Source of the DNA: Octopus bimaculoides
Lineage: Eukaryota
Direction of reading: 5' to 3'
DNA: 59,124 bases
Assembly: GCF_001194135.2 (NCBI RefSeq)
Contig: NC_068988.1
Span: 15,065,488-15,124,611 of the forward strand
A program made the translations under genes and the position numbers. The notes beneath the pieces are model-generated. The model was not told the DNA's origin, did not search any database, and saw only the letters and a list, made by a program, of their open reading frames with translations. Shown here one piece after another: positions 23,090 through 34,615 of the stretch. Each line of letters begins with the position of its first letter. Within the stretch, counting starts at the first letter, position 1.

Positions 23090-24736
23090 ATCATAAATAT
23101 ATAGGGATTAGCAGAATCCTGCTTCTCCAACATACTGAGAATTCAGAAATAGCAGCCAAAGAACTACTGATTCCAAAACTACAAACTTTTCTCTAAAATT
23201 GATAGCGATATTCATGATACACACAGAACAAAAAACAGAAGAGAAGAGTAAAAAAACAACTTGCCTTTAGTTACTAAAGGCAAGTTGTTTTTTTACTCTT
23301 CTCTTGTTTTTTGTTCTGTATGNNNNNNNNNNNNNNNNNNNNNNNNNNNNNNNNNNNNNNNNNNNNNNNNNNNNNNNNNNNNNNNNNNNNNNNNNNNNNN
23401 NNNNNNNNNNNNNNNNNNNNNNNNNNNNNNNNNNNNNNNNNNNNNNNNNNNNNNNNNNNNNNNNNNNNNNNNNNNNNNNNNNNNNNNNNNNNNNNNNNNN
23501 NNNNNNNNNNNNNNNNNNNNNNNNNNNNNNNNNNNNNNNNNNNNNNNNNNNNNNNNNNNNNNNNNNNNNNNNNNNNNNNNNNNNNNNNNNNNNNNNNNNN
23601 NNNNNNNNNNNNNNNNNNNNNNNNNNNNNNNNNNNNNNNNNNNNNNNNNNNNNNNNNNNNNNNNNNNNNNNNNNNNNNNNNNNNNNNNNNNNNNNNNNNN
23701 NNNNNACACACACACACACATATATATATATAATACAAAGAATATATATACATGTATACACACATATATGTACATACTTACATCTACATGTGTATATATA
23801 TGCATATCAGGGTACAGGACGTTAGAACAATAAACTACAGACAACGGAACGAACACACAGGAAAACGGAAAGCCACTTGGAATATCCTTTCATCAGCTGT
23901 CTCTATTCTATCTAGACGTTTCGAAGATAAGACAGAACGTACTCTAGAATAGTCTCTTCCTGAGTAGTGGATCAACCCACTACACAGAGGATTCCAAGGT
24001 GGCAAACACATATACACATACAAGGCCAATAGTTCTCAACTGGTACTTATTTTATTAACCCCAGAGTTCAAAGACAAAGTTGACTTGGCAGAATTTGAAC
24101 TGAGAACGTAAAGACAGACAAAATGCCTCTAAGCATTTTGCCTGGCGTCCTAGCAATTCTTTTCTACTCTAGGCACAAGGCCCAAAATTTTGGGGGAGAG
24201 GCTAGTCTATTAGATCAACTCCTGTATGCAGCTGGTACTTAATTTATCGACCCCGAAAGGATGAAAGGTCGACCTCGGTGGAATTTGAACTCAGAACGTA
24301 AAGACGGGCGAAGCACCGCTAAGCATTTCGCTCGCCGCCTTACTTCACACTCAGATAGTATCTTCCTCTATAGTTGCTGGCCGACGGAACGTTTGTGAGT
24401 GAATTTGGTAAGCGGAAACTGAAGGATGATAGTTGTATATGTGTATTATAACTATGTATGTATCATTGTTTTTGTATTTATCACCTACCATCGCTTGACA
24501 ACTGTTGGTGTGTTTACGTCCCCGTAACTTAGCGGTTCAGCAAAAAGAATATGACAGAATAAGTATCACCCTTAAAGTACTGGGGTCGATTTGTATGACT
24601 AAATGCTTTAAGGTGGTCCAATGACTAAAGCAAGTAGAAAATAAATTATATATTATTTCTAGGTGAGAATACAGATTTGAACGTAGTACATTTCACTTAA
24701 ACTTAGCCAATACTAATATATCTTGAAACAAAGAAG

Positions 24737-25109
24737 TTGGCACTACGTCGAGGGTTCCAGTTGATCCGATCAACGGAACAGCCTGCTCGTGAAATTAATA
24801 TGCAAGTGGTTGAGCACTCCACAGACACGTGTACCCTTAACGTAGTTCTCGGGGATATTCAGCGTGACACAGTGTGACAAGGCTGACCCTTTGAATTATA
24901 AGCACAACAGAAACAGGAAGTAAGAGTGAGAGAAAGTTGTGGTGAAAGAGTACAGCAGGGTTCGCTACCATCCCCCGCCGGAGCCTCGTGGAGCTTTAGG
25001 TGTTTTCGCTCAATAAACACTCACAACGCCCGATCTGGGAATCGAAACCGCCCGATCTGGGAATCGAACCGCGAGTACGTTGCCCTAACCACTGGGCCAT
25101 TGCGCCTCC
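24737..25109 (-). mobile_element. tRNA-derived SINE (family D) in the ZNF-3 intron; truncated copy at ~37110-37260
   Basis: Minus-strand head GGAGGCGCAATGGCCCAGTGGTTAGGGC and GGTTCGATTCCC. TSD TGAAACAA(A/C)GAAG at 24724-24736 and 25110-25122. Confidence 0.8.
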
Positions 25110-26973
25110 TGAAACAACGAAGATATAGCAAGGAAAACTTTATAGTTCGCTGTACCCAGGGACTATGATAACATAAACAAAAGAAAAGTCCCACCATTTT
25201 TAAATTACAGGAAGTCAAACATTAAGAGGAGAAGAGTGATTCCCCCTGTATATTTCATTATAATGATTGTGGAGTTGAACTGCAACGTACTTGTTAAGTA
25301 AACTGAGCTACATGTTTAAAGACGTGGAAAAAATAAGTTTAGACTACATGAAGACAAGGAAACGAGAATCATTATCCAAAGGCAGTAGATGCAATGGGAA
25401 GATTGATTTGAAATTGTGTTTATTTGTACCAGGCGTTAAAAGACAATCAATCATTTCGTGAAAGATCAAATAAAGATGTGAAGTTTTAGATTTACCACAA
25501 AACAATCTTGTAAGTGACAGATGCATTTCAAAAACTTCAGGTAAGTAAACATGGTAGGCATTTCAAATGACGTTTATAATGTTAGATTTTCTTATAAGCC
25601 TAATCTTTTTGTGTTTATCTCACTGTATCATTCCTGTAGGGTATCCCCAATGTTTCTTGCCTGGCGTTATCTTCATTAGTGTGAGACATTGAAACTTTTC
25701 CAATACCCACTATGTACGCATGTGGTTTTAAGTTCAGGCCCTCTGCACGATATATTGGACAAGTGTCTGCTACTATAACCCCGGGCTGTGAGTGAATTTG
25801 GTAGATGAAAACTGGATGGAAGTCCGTTGAGTATGTGTGTTTGTGTTTGTACCGCCACCGCATAACAACTGGTGTTGATTTGTTTACATTCCAGTAACTT
25901 AGCGGTTCGGCAGAAGACACCAATAGAATAAGTACCGCACTTAAAAAAAAGAATAAGCTATAGTATCGCGATTTGTTCCACTAAACTCTTCAAATCTGTG
26001 TCCGAACATGACCCTGAAAAGATATGAGATGGCCAGCACTAAAATAATATCAGAGTGTGAAGTAAGGCAGCGAGCGAAATGCTTAGCGGTATTTCGCCCG
26101 GTCTTTGAGGTCGACCTTTCATCCTTTCGAGATCGATAAATTAAGTACCAGTTGCGTACTGAGGTCGATCTAATCGACTGCCCCCCCCCNNNNNNNNNNN
26201 NNNNNNNNNNNNNNNNNNNNNNNNNNNNNNNNNNNNNNGCCCCCAAAATTTCGGGCCTTGTGCCTATAGTGGAAAAGAATATCTGAGTGTGAGGTGGCAT
26301 TAGAGACTTCTGTAGTAACTGGAAGAACTGTTGTTGTAGCATTGGCTTCATCAACATTTAACGTCCATTTTCCATGCTGGCATGAGTTGGACGCCTTGAC
26401 AGGAACTGGCATGGTTAGTGGCTGTACAGGTTCCATAGTCTGTTTTGGGTTGGTTTCTACAGCTGGATGCCCTTCCTAACGCTAACCACTTTGCAGACTG
26501 TACTGGGTGCTTTTTACATGGCACCGGCATCAGTGCTTTTTATGTGGCACTGAAATTGTTAAAGGCACATTTATCAGACAGAGGCACAGTATCGAGAATT
26601 CAGTGAGTTTTTGGAAGTCCTACATTTGGTTCTAGCTGGCGTTTTGTAGTTTCTATATGTAATACAACAACTACGGTATTCATCATCATCGTCATTTAAT
26701 GTCCATTGTCCATGCTGGCATGGGTTGGACGGTTTGACCAAGGCTGGTAAACTGAGGGACTGCACCAGATTCCAGTCTGATTTGGTACAGTTTCTACACG
26801 TCTTTTGTAGTTTTAAGCATTCAATATTTAATGCAATAAATGGCACATTACAAATGAAATATTTCTCAAAATAAGAGACTTATAGTACGAACTTCATAAG
26901 ACAAAATAGCACATTATAAATGAAATATTTTTAAAAAACAAATATTTTATTGACCAGTTCATTGAAAAGGAAA

Positions 26974-27480
26974 GGGATCTATTTTAAAACGGGGGCCACA
27001 TTTTTCATTAATGTTTTACGTAGTGTTTTTGGTACGGAAAGACTTTCAAACTTCGTATACTTATCTATTTTGTGTTATAGAACAGAAAAATATTTTTGTA
27101 TTCGAATTTATTTCATGTAAAAAATTGTCTTATTTCGATAATTTCAACCAATCACTGACAAGTATTCAGTTGTTTAGATTTACTCCTTTGGCTGATTAAG
27201 CGATGTAAAGCGTATTTAATCTCNNNNNNNNNNAGGGTTAATTGTTTCAGAATCGTTTGTTTATGTAGTCGGCACTTAATGTATATCGGCTGAATGGACG
27301 TCAGTGATTGGTTGAAATTACAGAAATACGACGACTTTAAGATGGAATAACTTATGGATTTCTTTTTTTTTTTAAGAAGACTAAGAGAAAAAGATGTTTT
27401 ATATGACACATTCTACCAGTGTTCCAAGTTTCAAAGTGTTTCGTTAATGAAAAATGTGGCCCCCGTTTTAAAAAAGATCC
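26974..27480. mobile_element. Palindromic non-autonomous DNA element (~510 bp)
   Basis: GGATCTATTTTAAAACGGGGGCCACATTTTTCATTAA / TTAATGAAAAATGTGGCCCCCGTTTTAAAAAAGATCC. Inner inverted AATTTCAACCAATCACTGAC pair. Confidence 0.7.
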
Positions 27481-27600
27481 GCATAATTTTCTTTTGGGTA
27501 TATCACCTTTTTCCTGTAGGTACGACACAGCATCCTCCTCTGTTGTCAGTGTCTCCATCATAAGCGCAAGGTTACCGGAGCTAGCTGCCATAATCAAACA
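27481..27600 (-). mobile_element. Probable Merlin/IS1595-like transposase N-terminal fragment
   Basis: MAASSGNLALMMETLTTEEDAVSYLQEKGDIPKRKLC resembles the EE-A(V/I)-x-(F/Y)LQ-E-x-G-(I/L) start of ISXO2/Merlin transposases. Recognised from memory. Confidence 0.5.
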
Positions 27601-27826
27601 GATTGGTAAAATTTTCAGGGGGATAAAACTGTAGAATACAGCGTTAACAAGTGGTTTCAATATATTTGTCAACACGTGCCTTCTCACTGGCAAAAGAGTT
27701 CCCGTGCATGGCTTGTTACTATGAAAACACGGATCAATGTGTCTAAAATTGGCTAAAATTACGATTGGCTAAAATTACTCCAAATTTTCAAACTTTAATT
27801 GCTAATAACTCTTTATTTATTGTGAA

Positions 27827-28166
27827 GGTGCATGGCTCAGTGGTTAGAACGTCGAGCTTACGATTGTGAGGTTGTGAGTTCGAATCCCGGACTGGGCTGC
27901 GTGTTGTGTTCTTGAGCAAGACACTTTATTTCACATTGCTCCAGTTCACTCAGCTGTAGAAATGAGATGCGGCGACATAGGTGCCAAGTTGTATCAGCCT
28001 TTGCCTTTCCCTTGGATAACACTGGTGGCATGGAGAGGGGAGGCCGGTATGCCTGGGCGACTGCTAGTCTTCCATAAAAAAAAAAAACAACCTTGCCCAG
28101 ACTTGTGCTTGGGAGGGTAACTTTCTAGGTGCAATCCCATGGTCAGTCATGACTGAAGGGGGTCTC
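27827..28166 (+). mobile_element. tRNA-derived SINE (family C); inverted degenerate copy at ~34842-35157
   Basis: A box TGGCTCAGTGG, B box GAGTTCGAATCC, followed by a non-tRNA body. Confidence 0.85.
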
Positions 28167-28672
28167 AGCATGGCAAAAATGATTTTCATGGCATTGATTA
28201 GCCTGTAAAAGTGTATCATTACATTGAATATGAAATCAATTCGAACAGAAATTGACCTTGTCAGCCAAACAGAAGAGATCTGGAGCTGCTAACAGAAAAT
28301 GAAATCATAGTTTTTGAAAAATTTTTCGGTAAAAATAATTGATGCAGATTGTTCTTCATTTAAATGATAAGGGATATGATGATACCTGCTGGTATTGCAA
28401 CAGTGTTTGGTCCATTATCTCCTCCATATCTGTGGTAACACCTAACAAACTATGATAGTATGTACCTTCACTATGTAAAATGATTTTTTTTCTCTTTGAA
28501 TAAACTATTGGCCTCTTTCGCAGATTCTTGTGTTTTACAAATGTAGTAATGACTGATTACATCAGTGAGTGATGTTGACATCACTCATCTCAGTCACATA
28601 TCCCCAGGTTGACATCACTCATTTCACTCACATATCTCCATACCATTGTATCTTTACTCTGCATATTATGTA

Positions 28673-28804
28673 CAGGGTGTCCACAAAGTCTGGGTACACG
28701 GGGATTAACACATACTTTAAGAAATTATTGTTTCTTATATTTAATTGTTTATGCTATGATTTTATGTACCGGACTCCATGTACCCAGACTTTGTGGACAC
28801 CCTG
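28673..28804. mobile_element. Tc1/mariner MITE in the ZNF-3 intron
   Basis: TA|CAGGGTGTCC...GGACACCCTG|TA. Absent at the paralogous position of ZNF-5 (~45925). Confidence 0.85.
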
Positions 28805-29099
28805 TATATCCTATGTCTGTCTTAACATTTGTTCTTAATGTTTATGGTTAGAAATCTCTTCCCTAAAGTGTCAGTATTGTATTGTTGCTTATATCATATT
28901 CTTTATATATATTTCAGGGTATTTGATAATATCAAGATTTTGAAGACTAAAGAAATGACATTACCAGTGATATAGGGAATCTTGTTTCACAAAGATCATA
29001 TTTGAAGAAACTGTACTCTTGAAAGTATCTAAAGAAATATTTATCGTGAAAATTTGAGAAGAAAAGTATTTTTCAATTTTGTGAAGAAAATTTGATGTT

Positions 29100-31193
29100 A
29101 TGGAGGAGGAACTAAATAAAAATCAGGTCCATAATGAAATACAACTTGATTATAATGATGTTTCTCATCAAACAGAGAAGACATCATTCATGTGTGACAT
29201 TTGTGGGGAGTCTTTTAAAATACAAAAATGTTTAATTCAACATCAATCCATTCATACAGATTCAGAGCTCTATAATTGTAAAATTTGTGGTGAAAAGCTC
29301 TCTACAAGTGAAAATTTAATTAACCATAAACATATTCACACAAAAGAAAATCCATACCAGTGTGATATTTGTGGTAAAACATACTCTGCTATTAGATTAG
29401 CAAGAAGACACAGACTTATTCACTCAAGCGGAAAGCCATACCAATGTAATATTTGTGGTAAATCGTATACTGTAAATAGTAGTTTAGCTAAACACAAACG
29501 TAGTCACACAGGAGAGAAGCCATTCAACTGTGATATCTGTGATAAAACTTTCACTGTTAAATTTTCTTTAACTGTACACAAACGTATTCACACTGGAGAA
29601 AAACCATACCACTGTGATATCTGTGGCAAAAAGTTTTCTGCTAGAGGTTTGGCAACAAGACATAAAATTATTCACACAGGCAACAAGCCATACCAGTGTG
29701 ACATTTGTGGTAAGGCGTTCTACCAAGAAAACCATTTATTGATACATAAACGTGTTCACACAGGAGAAAAACCATTTCATTGTGATATCTGTGGTAAAAC
29801 TTTCTCTGTTAAATGTTCTTTAACTATACACAGACGTAATCACACTGGAGAAAAACCATACCGGTGTGATATCTGTGGTAAAACATTCACTGGCAGTACT
29901 CTGGTATCAACACACAAACTTTCTCATACTGGCAAAAGGCCTTACAAATGTGATGTTTGTGGTAAAGGATTCAATATGAATTGTCACTTAACTAAACACA
30001 AACGTATTCACACAGGTGAGAAACCATATCAGTGTGATATCTGTGGTAAGTCATTCTCACAAACTTCAAATTTAACAACCCATAAACGCATTCATACAGG
30101 AGAAAAACCATATCACTGTGATATTTGTGGTAAAAAGTTCTCCACAAACGAACATTTATCTAACCACAAATATATACACACAGGGGTAAAACGATATCAC
30201 TGTGATATTTGTGGTAAAGCATTCTCCCAAAGAGGTAATTTAAAGCCCCATAAACTTCTTCACTCAGGAGAAAAACCATATCACTGTGATATATGTGGTA
30301 AAAATTTCTCTACCAAAGATTATTTATCTAATCACAAACGCATTCATGCAAAGGTTAAAACATGCCGTTGTGATATTTGTGGTAAAGCATTCTCTCGAAA
30401 TAGGGATTTATTGACACATAATCGCATTCACACAGGTGAGAAACCATATCATTGTGATGTTTGTGGTAAATCATTTACTATAAGTGGTCATCTAACTAAA
30501 CACAAACGTGTTCATACAGGAGAAAAACCTTACCATTGTAGCACCTGTGGTAGAATGTTCTCCAATAGTTCAATTTTATTGGCCCATAAACGTATTCACA
30601 CTGGAGAGAAACCATACCACTGTGATATCTGTGGTAAATCATTCACTATAAGTGGATCTTTAGCCAAACATAAGCGTATTCACACAGGAGAAAAACCATT
30701 CCATTGTAATATTTGTGGTAAAACTTTCTCTGAAAGTAGTTCTGTAATATCTCATAAGCGCGTTCACACTGGAGAAAAGCCATATCATTGTGATATCTGT
30801 GGAAAAACATTTACTGCTAGTGTTTCATTATCTACACATCAAACAATTCACACAGGAGAGAAACCATATGACTGTGATGTATGTGGTAAAGCATTCTCGC
30901 GATCTTGTAATTTATCAAGGCATAAGCGTCTTCACACAGGAGATAAACCGTATCATTGTGATTCATGTGAAAAAACGTTTACTTCTAATTCTGATTTAAA
31001 CACACACAAACGTATTCACACAGGAGAGAAACCATATCACTGTGACATCTGTGGTAAGTCATTCTCTCAAAATAGTCATTTATTGAACCATAAACGTATC
31101 CATACAGGTGACAAACCATATCACTGTGATATTTGTGGTAAGGCATTCTCTCAACAAAGTACTTTATCTGTCCACAAACGTATACACAGGTGA
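29100..31193 (+). CDS. ZNF-3: C2H2 zinc-finger protein, 697 aa, 24 fingers
   Basis: Uninterrupted finger array. Acceptor ends at 28917. Confidence 0.95.
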   Translation: MEEELNKNQVHNEIQLDYNDVSHQTEKTSFMCDICGESFKIQKCLIQHQSIHTDSELYNCKICGEKLSTSENLINHKHIHTKENPYQCDICGKTYSAIRLARRHRLIHSSGKPYQCNICGKSYTVNSSLAKHKRSHTGEKPFNCDICDKTFTVKFSLTVHKRIHTGEKPYHCDICGKKFSARGLATRHKIIHTGNKPYQCDICGKAFYQENHLLIHKRVHTGEKPFHCDICGKTFSVKCSLTIHRRNHTGEKPYRCDICGKTFTGSTLVSTHKLSHTGKRPYKCDVCGKGFNMNCHLTKHKRIHTGEKPYQCDICGKSFSQTSNLTTHKRIHTGEKPYHCDICGKKFSTNEHLSNHKYIHTGVKRYHCDICGKAFSQRGNLKPHKLLHSGEKPYHCDICGKNFSTKDYLSNHKRIHAKVKTCRCDICGKAFSRNRDLLTHNRIHTGEKPYHCDVCGKSFTISGHLTKHKRVHTGEKPYHCSTCGRMFSNSSILLAHKRIHTGEKPYHCDICGKSFTISGSLAKHKRIHTGEKPFHCNICGKTFSESSSVISHKRVHTGEKPYHCDICGKTFTASVSLSTHQTIHTGEKPYDCDVCGKAFSRSCNLSRHKRLHTGDKPYHCDSCEKTFTSNSDLNTHKRIHTGEKPYHCDICGKSFSQNSHLLNHKRIHTGDKPYHCDICGKAFSQQSTLSVHKRIHR

Positions 31194-32051
31194 AAATCTA
31201 CACCTCTGTATTTGATTTAGAACATTATCATATTAATATTTTAACTGTGAAATTGATTTTCATAATTATTACAGAAATGATGATGTGTATATATATGAAT
31301 CAAAAAGTAGAATTGTTTTTTTTTTCTGAAAATTACATTGCATCAGTAAATTTGACATATTTCAACAGAAACTCATTCCACTCATGACATTATTCCCCAA
31401 CAAAAGATAGATTGCAGTATAAAACTGCTTTTTGCAGTTAAGAGTATTGGAAATTTGAGTGGGTATTTCTGCTTTCTGCTTTGAAAGTGTAAAGTTTTTT
31501 TGTAGCAAATCAACCAAGCATTTTGTAGAGCCAACATGCAGAAAATAATTCGGTTGTGTTAGCTGTATCTATATATTTGTCATCAACAATTGAAAGAAGT
31601 AAAAGCGGGGTCCTTTCAGTTCATTAACTAAATTTCTCATAATAAATTTTCATCATTAAAGAACTTATTTTGTATATTGTGGCTGGTATTTGTTGAGCCA
31701 CCACTGATTAGTGTGATCTTTCATAAAATTCCACCAGAGTTGTCATCTGACATGTGACGAAATTGGAAACTCTGAGTAGCTACTCCGAGACTTCAGCTCT
31801 TAATAAATCTTATCCCATTCTACTTTACTCTTTTCAGTATTTGTTTTGCTTCATTGCATATATATATTCGTTATATATTAATGTACACACACATAAATCT
31901 AATGCATGTAAATTTTGTGTGTGTGTGTGTGTATGTATATATATACATATATATATTTTTATATAAATAAGGATAAGATTGTTATTTAAAATACCGATCT
32001 TATCAGGTGGCCAGCATGGGAATAAAAACCTAAGAAGGTAATAATTATTAT

Positions 32052-32422
32052 AAAAATTATAATTTAGGGTATCTAAATAGCAATCAAACCTTGACTCTAA
32101 AACCACATTAAATGTTCATACAGCACCAGGAGTGAAGACACTTTCGTATATGTAAGTATTCGTATGTTGTATATATATATATATATGTATATTTGTATTT
32201 ATGTTCAATCTGAGTATATTCCACTGATGAAGGCAGAGCATTTCTTATGCAGAGCCAGAAACCCGAGATCTGGAATTATCCAGTAATTTTTTTGCTAGTT
32301 TATTTTGTCTCTTTGTCTTCTCTCCTGGTGCGGTATGAACATTTAATGTGGTTTTAGAGTCAAGGTTTGACTGCTATTTCAAGCATGGTAGTATCTCTTA
32401 GATACCCTAAATTATAATTTTT
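32052..32422. mobile_element. Penelope-like terminal remnant: inverted ~90-bp arms around a hammerhead-like motif
   Basis: 32052-32140 is the inverse of 32314-32422 with a 19-nt indel. The spacer holds CTGATGA...GAAAC. Confidence 0.6.
32218..32276 (+). ncRNA. Degenerate type I hammerhead ribozyme motif
   Basis: Stem I ATTCCA/TGGAAT, core CTGATGA, stem II GGC-aga-GCAT..ATGC-aga-GCC, GAAA, then CCCGAGATC. Confidence 0.55.
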
Positions 32423-34173
32423 ACATATATATATATATAATTTATGGATGTGAAAAATCTCCATTTTCCTTATCATTATTAATGTTATTAATTACTCTAT
32501 GGAAGATATGCAGTCCTGAGCAAGACACAGAATTACCAATGAGAGAAGTTACGAGGGCCTAACAACTCATTGTTTGCTCGAGTGCTACATACAGACTGTT
32601 GTGGTTAGCCGGCATCTGAAACCAATTTGAAACTATTGACCCAATAAGGCACTCATTTTAGCTATGAAAATCTTAGGACTAACTAGAGGAGAAGTAGATG
32701 TTATCTTAGTGGCTAGAAAATCAATGATCAAATTTGAGGGAAAGCACCGGGGTCAGAAAATATAGAGTCTGTACAAGTAATGGACTTAGTAAGAATTTAT
32801 ATATTATTCAGTCTAAACAGGATTCCCTGAAATAAGAGGTGGTCTATACAGGGATGATGCACTTTTCACCCTGTTCAATTACTCAAACCTAGAGATAGAA
32901 AAATACAGGAGAATTTTTTTAAGAACATAAGACTTTCCATATCAATAGAAGAGGAACATAACTCAGTAAACACTTGGAAGATAACCGTAGAGTGCATAGC
33001 AAGAAAAAGGAGGGTAGGGATTTTATGTAAATCGTGCCCAATAAGGTATTAAAGTTATATAGCAATAGAAGCATTAATCGGCTGCACTTGGATAGGGGAG
33101 TTAACCACTACGGAAACTCATTCACAAGAACTACACAAATGACTAACGATTATAATAGCAAGTGAACCAAATACAGAATTAAAAACCAGGGAAATGGGCT
33201 AGGCTCTTTCACTATAAACTTAGCTAGAACTACAAGTAACTATACCAAAAATATCTCTAGCAATATGGAGTGGTATATAATTCTCTTCGGAAAGGAAATA
33301 CTCTCCAGCATTCCAAAATTGTTTTGTTTGGCATTGGAGAAACGTTTTCCAAAAATAGCAAACACTATAAAATGTTTAATAAACATGCTACTGAGCATTT
33401 TGTTTGATGTGCTAACAGTTCTGCTGTGCAGATTACATTGACCCAGTACTTTAACTGGTACTCTATTTTATCAATCCTGAAATGATCAGAAGTAAAATTG
33501 ATGTCACTTGAACAGAATTTGAACTCAGAAGAAATGCTGTTTAACATTTTTGTCCAATGTTCTAATGATTCTGTCAGCTAACCACTAAGGGTTCACAAAA
33601 ATGTTGGGGACAGTACAGAACAATATAATGTGGAATTTACATGAAAATGTGTGGAAAAAAAAAATGGTCTGTATTGTCATTTACCTTTTCAAGTGAAACT
33701 TGAAAAACTTGACGAGATCTTGGCCAAAGAGAAAAGGAGCTATTTTCTCCCCTTTCTGTCTGTTCCACAATGCAACCTCTTTCACTAAAGCCACCAAACA
33801 AATGAAGATAGCTTATCTTTTGATATATCTCTACAAATTAGCAATGCTCAAGTATTATTTATCAATCCTGAATGTAGAATAGTTTCATTGCTCTGTGCAC
33901 ACCTCAAACAGGCCTGGCTGATGGCACTTCCACATGTAGAGTTAAACTCAAACTGGCAATGCTCCCTTGTAGCTCTGCTAGACTAGAGACTTCTGGAAAT
34001 TGTCCATGGGTCATGGCCCAAAATCATCCAAAACAAACCAGCTGGTTGATTTCCAGCTATTCCCTTCAAACTTTACTTTTGTGACCTGGAGAGCAATGTT
34101 TTGAAACTGACCTATTTTCCATTACATGTCAGGCAGATTCAGTGCTGAGTTGCTGAAGCAGAAATATTGTTCT

Positions 34174-34314
34174 GGTGGCTGTGTGGTAACTTGTTACCAA
34201 CCACATGGTTCTGGGTTCAGTTCCACTGTGTGGCACCTTGGGCAGACTATTGCCTCGGGCCAACCAAAGCCTTGTGAGTGGATTTGGTAGATGGAAACTG
34301 AAAGAGGTCTGTCG

Positions 34315-34351
<37 letters not shown>

Positions 34352-34615
34352 GACTGTGGCCATCCTGGAGCACCACCTCTTTTGCCGATATATATATGTA
34401 TGTGTATGTGTATATGTTTGTGTGTCTGTGTTTGTCCCCCCCCATCACTTGACAACCGATGCTGGTGTTTACATCCCTGTAACTTAGCAGTTTGGCAAAA
34501 CAGACCGATATAATAAGTACTAGGCTTACAAAGAATAAGTCCTGGGGTCGATTTGCTTGACTAGAGGTGGTGCTCCAGTATGGCCGCAGTCAAATGACTG
34601 AAACAAATAAAAGAA
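34174..34615 (+). mobile_element. Near full-length tRNA-derived SINE (family B) with a central (TA)n/(TG)n tract; other copies at ~24370-24620, 25719-25950, 41781-41895, 43292-43527 and 48911-49200
   Basis: GGTGGCTGTGTGGTAA head, GGGTTCAGTTCC B-box-like motif, tail GCCGCAGTCAAATGACTGAAAC shared among copies. Confidence 0.85.

Noticed and set aside
23223-23322. Near-perfect ~47-bp-arm hairpin with a 1-nt loop
   Set aside because: It abuts an N-gap, a typical place for assembly fold-back artefacts, and cannot be trusted without reads.
23880-23990. Minus-strand CTGATGA and GAAACGTC hammerhead fragments; similar fragments near 3190 and 41155
   Set aside because: Core elements are out of order or missing, so a ribozyme fold cannot be supported.
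27827-27900. tRNA gene candidates at SINE heads (also 15118, 25040-25109, 34174)
   Set aside because: A and B boxes are present, but they continue into SINE bodies with TSDs and lack a complete cloverleaf.
28376-28560. C/D box snoRNA (ATGATGA ... CTGA)
   Set aside because: The C box is absent in the ZNF-5 copy, the boxes are far apart and there is no terminal stem.
32480-33360. Purine-rich stretch faintly resembling the 41900-42615 LINE ORF1 remnant
   Set aside because: Only short word matches and no recognisable motif; left unannotated.
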